This document shows, piece after piece, positions 20,456 through 29,462 of a stretch of 64,000 bases of DNA. A model generated the notes under the pieces. That model had not been told where the DNA came from. It did no database searches and saw only the letters and a program-made list of their open reading frames with translations. Every line of letters starts with the position of its first letter. Position 1 is the first letter of the stretch. The DNA comes from a virus (taxonomy: Duplodnaviria; Caudoviricetes), in IMG/VR virus record IMGVR_UViG_3300028603_000025, positions 1 through 64,000 of that record; one strand, written 5' to 3'. The translations under genes and the position numbers were made by a program.

Positions 20456-20569
20456 TTTGATTAAATTCACTCGTCAATTTCATACACGATATGAAAATTT
20501 AAGGTTACTCTCAATCAAATTCAGTCAACTTCCTGATTCAAACGCAACAATCGCAACAAAAAATAATAC

Positions 20570-20598
20570 TTGACTATGATTGAGTTTGATTTTAGAAT
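20570..20598 (+). promoter_or_regulatory. Sigma70-type promoter TTGACT-N17-TAGAAT
   Basis: Near-consensus hexamers with a 17-nt spacer. Confidence 0.7.
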
Positions 20599-20721
20599 AG
20601 TATTCAACCTTGCGATATCCAAGTAAGTTTGAAATTACTAAACGGCACGTTAAGTGCTTTACGGACTTGTGCGTTTAACAGAAGACAATCGTGATGTTGC
20701 GGTTGTCGCGTTATAAAACAA

Positions 20722-21261
20722 GTGAGCGATATGTCTTCCATGAACAATAACCTTATTCAGATTCACAGCGACCAATTCGCCTTATCCGACTTCCACCTTG
20801 ATATAAACGATATCGAAACTGCTTATCGTTCAAAGGCAACAGTCGGATACGGGGATAACCAGATAACAAACGATTACAGAACCGCAAGATGGATTTCCCT
20901 GACCGAGGAACAACGTTCTGTTATCAAGGAAGCAATCAAGTTCTATCTTCCTGATTCAACCGGAATAGAAGAACCTCAGCTCGTATCGTATTCAGTCGGG
21001 GAACGTTACGGGGAACATAACGATTCAGAAGAACTGATTAACGGAGAATGGAAACGGGTAACTGACCGTGACTTTACTATCATCTTCTATCTGAATGATA
21101 ATTATCAAGGGGGGGAGTTAGTATTCCCAAAACAAGGAGTTACGATATCCCCGAAAGCCGGAAGCGTAGTAATCTTTCCTTCTGACCATCGTTATCCACA
21201 TGAAGTCATTCCGGTCAAAGAAGGAATCCGTTATGCTCTAGTAAGCTGGGCAACTAACTAA
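20722..21261 (+). CDS. 2OG-Fe(II) oxygenase, prolyl-4-hydroxylase-like
   Basis: HxD (EHND), YLNDNYQGGELVF, distal His (PHEV) and RYAL; start may be ATG 20731. Confidence 0.9.
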   Translation: MSDMSSMNNNLIQIHSDQFALSDFHLDINDIETAYRSKATVGYGDNQITNDYRTARWISLTEEQRSVIKEAIKFYLPDSTGIEEPQLVSYSVGERYGEHNDSEELINGEWKRVTDRDFTIIFYLNDNYQGGELVFPKQGVTISPKAGSVVIFPSDHRYPHEVIPVKEGIRYALVSWATN

Positions 21262-21710
21262 CCGACTACCTTCCATCCATCATTCTTATCAAGGGAAAGG
21301 ACAATAAATTTCTTTCCCGTCTTTTCGCAATACTTCCTTGCCTGTTCCCATTTACTCTGGTTAACGCCGTAAGTAAATACTTCATTAATATAGGTTTTTT
21401 CTTTCTTCTTTCCTCTTACCGGGGGTAGTGCCTGAACTTCCGGTTTAATCTCCACCAGGTAATCAACGATATTCCCTTTTGCATCTTTCATCTTGACCGA
21501 GAAGTCAACAAAGTATCTGTGATATTTATTGTCCACGGGACTGATATACGGAATCACGGTCGATTCACTTGACCACGAGACGACAGACGTACTTTCATCA
21601 AGCCATATCATGAACTTTCTTTCCCAGCTTGACCGAAATACCGGTTCACCATTCAGGTCTATATATTTTTCGCGATTTGTTACATAATAAATACCTTTTT
21701 GAGTCCTCAT
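21258..21710 (-). CDS. gp4: Head completion nuclease gp4 (TnsA-like)
   Basis: FRSSWE, WSSE...IPYISPVDNKYHRYFVDF, VEIKP and NQSKW motifs. Confidence 0.92.
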   Translation of the reverse strand: MRTQKGIYYVTNREKYIDLNGEPVFRSSWERKFMIWLDESTSVVSWSSESTVIPYISPVDNKYHRYFVDFSVKMKDAKGNIVDYLVEIKPEVQALPPVRGKKKEKTYINEVFTYGVNQSKWEQARKYCEKTGKKFIVLSLDKNDGWKVVG

Positions 21711-21771
21711 AGAGTTATCCTATCCTGAGCCTTTAAAACCGCCTTAAAACGCATCCTGGTGCATTCTTGGC

Positions 21772-22020
21772 CTATTTATCTTCCTCTATATCTTCTTTCT
21801 TCAGGAGCTTTCTTCTTACCCAGCATGAAATCAGATTTCCTGTCACCAACTCGATTACCCGCAATAACCAGTACACCACACCAAGAATCAAGGCGATGGA
21901 ATGAAAATAAATCTCAACGAATCCGAAATAGTCGAATGCTACAAAGGCAGTGAATATCGTTGCCATGTAATCAAGTACGGTTGAGTGTTCTATTGGGTTA
22001 TTGGTATGGTAGATTGTCAT
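21772..22020 (-). CDS. Small two-TMD membrane protein, holin candidate
   Basis: Two hydrophobic segments and a charged C-terminal tail; same strand and operon as the spanin-like gene. Confidence 0.4.
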   Translation of the reverse strand: MTIYHTNNPIEHSTVLDYMATIFTAFVAFDYFGFVEIYFHSIALILGVVYWLLRVIELVTGNLISCWVRRKLLKKEDIEEDK

Positions 22021-22030
22021 GGATGATTCC

Positions 22031-23365
22031 TTAAATTGATGGGTTAAATAATGAGTCTTTGATAATTTCGATATGGCACGTGTGTCTCAGCCTGTTTATG
22101 TTATGACGAATTGCAGTAATCAGATAGTTGCCTGAATACATCGTATCCAGATTCGTATCTGATTTGCTTTCTACTCCTCCTGAAGGATATTTCAAGGTAA
22201 GCATTCCGCCTACTTCAATATCTGTTCTTCCGGGAATAGTTGCATGTAACTTCATATTACTCAGTTCAAGAAGAGAACTTCTCCGGTTCGGATACTTGTC
22301 CTTCATGCGCTGGTCAACGTTATCATTAAAGTTATTGTACAATGCCTGGTTGCGAACCCTGAAGTCTTGAAAGTAACCTGGGTTCCGTATTCCTTCTTTC
22401 ATGAACAAGGGAATCGATTTAATCCCGTCCCCGCTGGTATGATACTGGTTCTGATATTCTTCAGTATAATCGTAGGCGATAATGTCGTATCTTCTGTTAT
22501 GTACGTCTACGTCAATCACCGACGAAGATAGATATCCGTTTGAATGGTTCTTAATCTGGTCAAGGTTTTCCATGATTCTGATGTCAGAAATAATGAACTT
22601 CTCACGATTATGGTCAAGCGTCCCTTGTTCGTTATAGATGCCGGATACCGTGGGCGTATACGTCCCGATACTCCTTTCCTGACCTTCCTTCATCAGATAT
22701 TCCACGGAACCAAAGTAAAAACACTTGTTTGATTCCCAGAACAGATATGAGCACGCGGTCTCGTTCTTGGGTATAGACTTTGATGCAAGCCAGTTAATAT
22801 TCTTGAAAGGAGTCCATCCGGGAGAGACGTATTTGACTTTATTCTCTACCTCGTTCAGGATGGCCATAGGAGTAATCCTGTCTATTTCTTTAAGCCTCGA
22901 GCCGTTACTCTCTACTTCGTATTCACGGTTCGTGGAAATGAAATTCAGATAGATATCCTCGACCACGTCCTGAATCATGCCGGAAAACGGAAGATACAAC
23001 GGCAACGAGATATCATGGAATAATTCGATTGATGCAAAGTGAAGCACATAGGACTGGGTGTTAGTATCTCGAACGATAACCCTGTCTGAAATCTTATATA
23101 TCCGGAATGTCTTTTCGATGACCGAAGTGAAAGAAGGTGTTTTAATCTTCACGAATAGATATTCGTCTCCCACCAGAGGAAGCTTATCAATCAGGCCACG
23201 GGAGTCCGAAATCATTATCTGCCCACTCAGCGTATTTGAGAACAAGTCCTCGTAGATATTAATCTCAACTAAAAAATCAATCAAATCAATGATTTGATTG
23301 GTCGACGAAACAAGCATCAACCTGTTTATCTCAACGTCATGCGCAGACTGTACTGAATTATTCAT
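22031..23365 (-). CDS. Baseplate hub protein, gp27-like
   Basis: EINIYEDLFSNTLSG...LPLVGDE, YLFWES and YSGNYLITAIRH motifs. Confidence 0.7.
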   Translation of the reverse strand: MNNSVQSAHDVEINRLMLVSSTNQIIDLIDFLVEINIYEDLFSNTLSGQIMISDSRGLIDKLPLVGDEYLFVKIKTPSFTSVIEKTFRIYKISDRVIVRDTNTQSYVLHFASIELFHDISLPLYLPFSGMIQDVVEDIYLNFISTNREYEVESNGSRLKEIDRITPMAILNEVENKVKYVSPGWTPFKNINWLASKSIPKNETACSYLFWESNKCFYFGSVEYLMKEGQERSIGTYTPTVSGIYNEQGTLDHNREKFIISDIRIMENLDQIKNHSNGYLSSSVIDVDVHNRRYDIIAYDYTEEYQNQYHTSGDGIKSIPLFMKEGIRNPGYFQDFRVRNQALYNNFNDNVDQRMKDKYPNRRSSLLELSNMKLHATIPGRTDIEVGGMLTLKYPSGGVESKSDTNLDTMYSGNYLITAIRHNINRLRHTCHIEIIKDSLFNPSI

Positions 23366-23789
23366 TAATATTCAAAGACTTATTATAAATCTCAATCGCT
23401 TCCTTAGGAATAGAACAATCATTCTCCTTGGTAATCACAATCGGAACCTGTTCTCTAAGAACCCTGTTTCGAGTAATCACCTTCTCAATTGGAACCTCGA
23501 TATATTCCTTCTCTATGCGGATGTTAACGACCTCCGACTTTTCCTTCAGAATCTCCATCCTATGTTCCAGTTCTGTAACCTTCTGGTTCCACGAATCATT
23601 AACACTCCGGAAGGTAAGAAGATAGACGCACAATGAAATAATCACGATTCCTACCGGCATGATGAAATAACCGTACTTCCCGATAAACGGAATCCCCTTG
23701 ACAACGTCAGAGCCAATCAGGATAATAATAGTAATACCGAAAGCGATAACAATGGCCCAGGTAGGAATAAGATGAAGTAATAAGTCCAT
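23358..23789 (-). CDS. Rz-like inner-membrane spanin candidate
   Basis: N-terminal TMDs, coiled coil and C-terminal VPIVIT...DCSIP...IYN pattern; minus-strand CATAAATA at ~23818-23825. Confidence 0.6.
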   Translation of the reverse strand: MDLLLHLIPTWAIVIAFGITIIILIGSDVVKGIPFIGKYGYFIMPVGIVIISLCVYLLTFRSVNDSWNQKVTELEHRMEILKEKSEVVNIRIEKEYIEVPIEKVITRNRVLREQVPIVITKENDCSIPKEAIEIYNKSLNINE

Positions 23790-23841
23790 GATTGGAAAGC
23801 CGAATAAGTAATATAACTATTTATGAAAAAGGAAAATCACA

Positions 23842-24087
23842 ATGAATTATGTAAGCAGAAACAAAGACTTAATATCGAAATACGAATCGGAAGGCTGGAG
23901 ACTCTCTGATGCAACCAAATCAAGGCGTCGCGCCCTGAAAAAGGAAGTAGAACGCCATCTCAAACTAAGTAGAGAAACCCTTAATTATCTTGAACGGGAT
24001 AAGTCATCAATTTATCACCAGTTACAAACAGTGATGATGGAAATGGATAGAATTCCTGGCTCAGAATGGACTTGGATAGAGGAATAA
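23842..24087 (+). CDS. Hypothetical protein
   Basis: ORF with AAGGA RBS; no recognisable motif. Confidence 0.6.
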   Translation: MNYVSRNKDLISKYESEGWRLSDATKSRRRALKKEVERHLKLSRETLNYLERDKSSIYHQLQTVMMEMDRIPGSEWTWIEE

Positions 24088-24150
24088 ATGTCTCGTTTTT
24101 TCGTTCTTAGAAGAAATGGGACTATCATGTAGACTCAGACCTCTTTACGT

Positions 24151-24190
24151 CTCTTGCTATCAGAGGACGAATTCCTTCAGATAGCAAGAG
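24151..24190 (+). other. Strong hairpin with an 11-bp perfect outer stem
   Basis: ctcttgctatc...gatagcaagag. Confidence 0.7.
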
Positions 24191-24225
24191 CATAGATTTC
24201 CTTCCATAATTCAACAGAAAATTAG

Positions 24226-24253
24226 TTGAACTTAGTTTTTGATTTGGTATCAT
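24226..24253 (+). promoter_or_regulatory. Promoter TTGAAC-N16-TATCAT with extended -10 TG
   Basis: Same architecture as 49856-49883; lies directly upstream of the structured non-coding block. Confidence 0.55.
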
Positions 24254-24259
24254 ACTAAT

Positions 24260-25100
24260 ACTCTCCATGACAATTTAAGGGGAGATGACCAAAAGAGCTG
24301 ACAAGGTTTTTTTGGTCCGCTGGCCACGTAATGGCAGGCTCGTGTTCATATGGAGGTTGGTTATTCCTCTCCGGGCAAATAGATAACTGGGCACCCGTAT
24401 AAAGTTAAAATCCGTGGGTTAGCCGGTTCAGACAGAAAATGTCTGTTCTAAAGAAAGTCGATAAAGTATATGACACGTAGCTAATAACAATAGTGTCCGA
24501 GAGGAATCGACTTTCCTGAATAATCAAGACTAACACAGAAAACGTGTTGATGGTAACCAATAGCGAAACATTGCTCCAAATAACGGTATTTACCTCCGCT
24601 TAAGCCCTGCGGAGAAGGATGTGTGACGCCATCCTTAGAAAACGACCTCTCCCATTGTGACGCAAGGCAGTTTCGGGGAAGCATTTTAGTCGATGTTTTC
24701 CTCCGGGTTCTGAAAAAACCGGTCGATAATAAAAGAGTTGGGACTCCCCTAAATCAACGGGGCACATGGCAACTCTAGGTCAGAGGAAGCTTGACAAACT
24801 TCCAAGAGCTTGAGGAAAGATACGTCATATCATATCTTGAAATTGGTCCTCATCGAAGCCAAGTGTTTACTTAAAGGTTATCTTAAGAGAACACTAAGAT
24901 AAAACAAGAACAAAATGGACGCTCGTCGTTCATACGATATAGGTTTTGATTGCCATAAAGCACTGATAAGCTCCTATCAAATGGCCGTCAGAAGATACAG
25001 GATTTCAACAGTAATTCTTCTCACAAAATCAAAATACCTGAAGAAAGAAGCTTGCGTGGATAGAGCACGCGGTAGTAACAGCATTCTTCGTTGAGTTTTA
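24260..25100 (+). ncRNA. Candidate large (~850 nt) highly structured non-coding RNA
   Basis: No credible ORF; more than 12 consecutive or nested stems, several needing G-U pairs that work only on the + strand; upstream promoter. Confidence 0.65.
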
Positions 25101-25327
25101 ATTTAGTGTTTTCATGACTTGAGTACGTAACAGGCTGTTAAGAATCAGGTACAGAATCGGTATAAACCAGTTTAGTACACTAGAGTATTACTAGTCAGTT
25201 ATAGTACGCTAAGACCAGCCCAGTAGGTTTTGGGTTTTGGTTTAAAAGCATTAAAGTCTTATGATAATTTAACGGGTATTCACATGGCGGGCTAAAACTA
25301 TGTCTAAAATAAAGTAACAGAATATTC

Positions 25328-25356
25328 TTGACATAGCTTCGAAGTGTACGTATAAT
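25328..25356 (+). promoter_or_regulatory. Consensus sigma70 early promoter TTGACA-N17-TATAAT
   Basis: Perfect consensus. Confidence 0.9.
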
Positions 25357-25395
25357 ACAAACCATCGAAACAACGAACACAGCCCAGAAGGATTT

Positions 25396-25692
25396 ATGAA
25401 CATGAACGCAACCGCCGCCGAAATGAACGTAACCAACCTTAAAACCGCCGTCGAAATAAAAATTGAAATTGAATTGGTCGCTTGGGCCAACGGCGAAAAG
25501 AAATTTAACGTTTCTAACCAATTCGACGAAAGCGTTTTGGAATCGGCGAAAGAAGCAATTTCCGTTGAAGCAATCGCCGCAATTGTTGCCAAGTATCCGG
25601 GCGCGAACTTCGAAGGCTTTTCGGTTATGACTTGGGCGCACGAACTTTCGGCTTTCAAAGCCCCGGAAATCGACCGCGCTTGGTTCTATTGA
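25396..25692 (+). CDS. Hypothetical early protein
   Basis: AAGGA RBS; directly after the perfect early promoter. Confidence 0.75.
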   Translation: MNMNATAAEMNVTNLKTAVEIKIEIELVAWANGEKKFNVSNQFDESVLESAKEAISVEAIAAIVAKYPGANFEGFSVMTWAHELSAFKAPEIDRAWFY

Positions 25693-25717
25693 TTAACTTA
25701 AAAATATCGGGAATTAG

Positions 25718-25924
25718 ATGAGAAGAGTATATAAAAAACCGGATTATCAATTTTCAAAATTGGGGAATGTAGACGGATTTCACGCTGAAATATTCAATGA
25801 CGACACTTATATTTTTATTGAAGATGAACTCGGCAATCCCATCCCATCAAATACTTGTATATGTTGTGCTACTTATGAAGATGATTGTATATGCGGAGGA
25901 TGTCAAAAACCTGTTGATAATTAG
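25718..25924 (+). CDS. Small Cys-rich hypothetical protein
   Basis: CICCA...CICGGC cluster. Confidence 0.55.
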   Translation: MRRVYKKPDYQFSKLGNVDGFHAEIFNDDTYIFIEDELGNPIPSNTCICCATYEDDCICGGCQKPVDN

Positions 25925-26021
25925 AAATCGACATGTCGATTGTATTCAAATGAAAAAGAAGTGTGTTTTGTGGCCTGTGAATAAAGTATCCAAAACGTGT
26001 AACCATTTTAACGGAACTCAA

Positions 26022-26720
26022 ATGATTAAACATGATAAATTTACCTTTTCCCCTCGCTCATTTGAAGAAGAACGAGGAGTTGATGCCGCTTACATCATTA
26101 CACTCCCCGGAAACAAGATTTCAGAGAAATTGACAGACCGAGCAGTCGAATCATGTAGAGCCGTGGATATGAACTATCGAGTCTGGGAAGGAATAGACGG
26201 AACAGGAGAAGATATCCTTATTCCGGGAAATTATTCTTGGATTCCTTGGCACTTGTTTCGAGTTCCTAGCAACGTATACTCGAATTCACAGGTAGCCTGT
26301 TTCCTTTCTCATCTATCCTTATGGGTCCATTGCGTTCAGTACGGAAAGCCTATCGTTATCCTTGAACACGATGCAGTGATGCTTAAGAAAATCGAACACG
26401 CAAAGTTCTATAACTCTATCCAGTTCCTTGGTTGCTACGAGCAGGGAACTGGAGCAATGCCACAAATTCCGTTCATTCCTCCTCATGCGTCCATATTCGA
26501 TGGCTCGTGGAGAAGTATCTGTCGAGCACATGCTTATCTTATCGACGTTGCGGTAGCAAGACAATTGATAGCAGAAGTAATCAAATACGGAATGATAAAG
26601 ACCTTGGATATCTTCATTCGGGCAGATATCTTCTCAATCGTTCAGGATGGAATCTATGCATACGACTTACGCGGAACCAGTACTATATCCGAACTCAACG
26701 GAAACGAAAAAGATGCGTAA
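26022..26720 (+). CDS. Glycosyltransferase, GT25 (Lex2A/LgtB-like)
   Basis: YIITL, EGIDG, ACFLSHLSLW, ILEHDA and AHAYLI motifs; ATG 26022 preferred as start. Confidence 0.8.
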   Translation: MIKHDKFTFSPRSFEEERGVDAAYIITLPGNKISEKLTDRAVESCRAVDMNYRVWEGIDGTGEDILIPGNYSWIPWHLFRVPSNVYSNSQVACFLSHLSLWVHCVQYGKPIVILEHDAVMLKKIEHAKFYNSIQFLGCYEQGTGAMPQIPFIPPHASIFDGSWRSICRAHAYLIDVAVARQLIAEVIKYGMIKTLDIFIRADIFSIVQDGIYAYDLRGTSTISELNGNEKDA

Positions 26721-27348
26721 GCTGATTTATATATCGTACACCAATAATTATTTTCCGGAAATGATGGAACTCACCTATCCGACGGTATATAATTACGCTA
26801 ATCGGATAGGAGCTGACCTGGTAGTGGATACCAGAGTAACGAACCCACACTTCCATATTCATTGGGAAAAGCTCAAAATCCGGGAATACTTGTGCGGATA
26901 TGATTACGCGATGCTTTTGGACGCTGATGTTCTGATTCATGATGAATTCCCGGATTTCTCGACTATCTTGAGAAACGATGACTGGGTAGCCGTGAACGAT
27001 ACCTATGACTTTCATACTAAGTTCAAATCTAATCGGTATTCGATTGAAGACGGAAGGAATGTCGGAATGGCATCAAACGCTATTATCGCAGCAAAGAAGA
27101 ACTTCCGCCTATTTGAAGACATCGATATTACTCCTTCCGAAGCAAAAGAAGTCTGTCTGGTCAGGGAAGGAGATATAGACGAGTACATAGTCAGCTATAA
27201 CCTTGCTAAGTATAAAATACCGTATCATGGGATAACCTGGGAGCCATGGATGAGATACTACTTTAATCATATCGGGACCGGGGACCGTGAACTGACCATC
27301 AAGACGGCAATAGAAACCATTAACACTTGGAGCAAAGAGAAGAAATGA
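26713..27348 (+). CDS. GT-A fold glycosyltransferase (GT34/GT8-like)
   Basis: YANRIGAD, WEKL and LLDADVLI (DxD). Confidence 0.65.
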   Translation: MRKLIYISYTNNYFPEMMELTYPTVYNYANRIGADLVVDTRVTNPHFHIHWEKLKIREYLCGYDYAMLLDADVLIHDEFPDFSTILRNDDWVAVNDTYDFHTKFKSNRYSIEDGRNVGMASNAIIAAKKNFRLFEDIDITPSEAKEVCLVREGDIDEYIVSYNLAKYKIPYHGITWEPWMRYYFNHIGTGDRELTIKTAIETINTWSKEKK

Positions 27349-28448
27349 AGACGTCAATTATCTTATCAGGAGGAGCCGGAAGAATTCTTACCGCGATTCC
27401 TGCACTGGAAGCATACGTATACCAGACTTGCGGAGAAGTCAGGATATTCACCTACGGATGGTCAGAGTTATTTCTGGGCAATCCGACACTCCAGAACATT
27501 TCCTTTGATATCAACCAGAAAGGAAACTCTGAGTACCTGAGGCAATCAAAAATCATTTCTCCTGAACCTTACTTTTCCCGAGATTATATGAATCAGGATT
27601 CTAATCTGGTTCTGGCCTGGGGAGAAGTTCTTGATGTAGAATTAGATGAATCTGCTATAGAAGGTTCTATATACTTGAGTACTCTTGAACAGGATTTTGC
27701 ATCAAACGCAGTAGAATCCCTGAAACGACAACTGAACAAGAACAAAGTAGTAGTGTTCCAGCCTTACGGCTCAGGAGCAAAGCTTTCCGGCGGAAAAGTG
27801 ATGGATTCATCAAATCGTTCTTTACCTACCGATATGGTAAGACAAATCGGCACGGAACTATCGAAAGTAGCCGGAGTCATCTATTTTGGACCAGACGAAA
27901 TGTTTCCGGAAGGAGCTCCGATGGCAAACACTAAAGAGCTAGTTCCGAATCGAGACCTGAGATTCTGGGCCGCCATGATAGCGAACTCAGACGGATTTAT
28001 CGGAATAGACTCAGTTGGTCAGCACATGGCCAGAGCATTCGATAAGAAAACGTCCTTGATTCTTGGAGCTACTTTCCGGGAGAATATCTCATACGAAACA
28101 GAACTCGTGCGAACATTCCGGAATCCTGATTTTAGATCGCCTACGTATGTTCCTATCCGCCTGAATACAGTGGATGCAGACCTCGCTGATAGAATGAACG
28201 ACGGAATCATGAACTTCTCGAAGGAAGAGACAGATAAGATTATTAACGATTCTATCGACCATCTGGAACTGAAGCCAAAGAAAATCGATTCCGCTACAAT
28301 AAATACGTTTGACTATTACAAGAACTACACATCTACGCACCAAAGAAACAGGCCCCCAGAAACATCAGTTCTTATGAACGAGAATCCTAGTACCCTGGGA
28401 GAATACCTTAAACGACGCAAAGAATCGGAAATCAAAAATGCTGATTAG
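27345..28448 (+). CDS. GT9 (ADP-heptose heptosyltransferase)-like glycosyltransferase
   Basis: GGAGR N-terminus, FQPYG, R-S-L-P and FIGIDSVGQHMARAF motifs. Confidence 0.7.
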   Translation: MKTSIILSGGAGRILTAIPALEAYVYQTCGEVRIFTYGWSELFLGNPTLQNISFDINQKGNSEYLRQSKIISPEPYFSRDYMNQDSNLVLAWGEVLDVELDESAIEGSIYLSTLEQDFASNAVESLKRQLNKNKVVVFQPYGSGAKLSGGKVMDSSNRSLPTDMVRQIGTELSKVAGVIYFGPDEMFPEGAPMANTKELVPNRDLRFWAAMIANSDGFIGIDSVGQHMARAFDKKTSLILGATFRENISYETELVRTFRNPDFRSPTYVPIRLNTVDADLADRMNDGIMNFSKEETDKIINDSIDHLELKPKKIDSATINTFDYYKNYTSTHQRNRPPETSVLMNENPSTLGEYLKRRKESEIKNAD

Positions 28449-28932
28449 ACCAAAGTATCAAGATGTTTATATCAAACTGGCACACGACGTTGCTCAGTTA
28501 TCCTATGCAAAGAAGATGAAAGTAGGAGCAGTAATCGTAAAAGGAAATAGAATCCTTTCGTTTGGATATAACGGAACTCCTCCGGGCTGGGATAATAAAT
28601 GCGAGGATAAAGTCTTCTGGAAAGAAGGAGAACGGACAGAGGATTATCCGTTTGAAGAGTTCTCTGATTACGATGGCGTCCTGATAGGAAGATATAAACT
28701 TACCACGAAACCCCACGTCATTCATGCCGAAGAGAATGCCATTCTTCACCTAACGAAAAGTCATGAATCAAGTGAAGGGACGTCGTTATTCCTTACTCAT
28801 TCTCCTTGCGTAGAATGTTTCAAGACCATTCTGGGAGCAGGAATCGAGGAAGTCTATTACAGAACGAAATACCGATGTGATTCTGGAATTGAACTTTTGA
28901 AAGAAGGCGGCGTCAAAGTCTATAATATTTAG
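28438..28932 (+). CDS. cd: dCMP deaminase
   Basis: VGAVIV, GYNG, HAEENA and SPCVEC Zn-binding motifs. Confidence 0.95.
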   Translation: MLIRPKYQDVYIKLAHDVAQLSYAKKMKVGAVIVKGNRILSFGYNGTPPGWDNKCEDKVFWKEGERTEDYPFEEFSDYDGVLIGRYKLTTKPHVIHAEENAILHLTKSHESSEGTSLFLTHSPCVECFKTILGAGIEEVYYRTKYRCDSGIELLKEGGVKVYNI

Positions 28933-28939
28933 GAGAATT

Positions 28940-29461
28940 ATGTCGCGTAATTATAACTACTTAAGGCCGAACTCGTTTCGACTAGTAATAAAGAACTCTC
29001 CGGCAGTATCATTTACTTGTCAGGAAGCTGATATTCCGGAGATTACCTCACAACCAGCGCAACAGGCTACTTCTTTCGTCGACATACCTCACCCGTACGA
29101 TAAGCTGTTCCATGGCGACTTCAATATAAATTTCATCATATCCGAGAATCTTGAAAATTACATGGAGATTCGTAACTGGATGGAGGCTATAGGGTTTCCG
29201 ACTGATTATAATGATTATGGGAAGGTATCTGATGAGCAGGTGATAAGAAAGAATAGTCAGGACCTGTTAGTATCAGATTTAAGTCTGATTGTTCTGGATT
29301 CGGATAATCATGAACTGATGGTGGTAGAATACGAGGATGCGTTCCCAATAGTTCTTGGGAAGGTCGATTTCAACACCAAGATGTCAAATTATGATTATGC
29401 AACTTGTGGAGCAACGTTTGCTTATAGATTCAATAGAATAATTGTTAAACAGAGGAGTTAA
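28940..29461 (+). CDS. gp3: Tail tube terminator / tail completion protein gp3
   Basis: NYLRPNSF, FIISENLENYMEIRNWM, SDLSL and AFP motifs. Confidence 0.85.
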   Translation: MSRNYNYLRPNSFRLVIKNSPAVSFTCQEADIPEITSQPAQQATSFVDIPHPYDKLFHGDFNINFIISENLENYMEIRNWMEAIGFPTDYNDYGKVSDEQVIRKNSQDLLVSDLSLIVLDSDNHELMVVEYEDAFPIVLGKVDFNTKMSNYDYATCGATFAYRFNRIIVKQRS

Positions 29462-29462
29462 A

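Noticed and set aside
23372-23422. Embedded o-spanin inside the Rz-like gene
   Set aside because: The minus-strand AAGGAG-ATG opens only 16 codons with no lipobox Cys.
24481-24684. 67-aa minus-strand ORF
   Set aside because: No convincing RBS or protein motif; it lies antisense to the structured + strand element.
24088-25320. tRNA cluster, tmRNA, RNase P RNA or group I intron
   Set aside because: I could not find T-loop/CCA cloverleafs, tmRNA termini, RNase P conserved motifs or interrupted exons; a covariance search is still needed.
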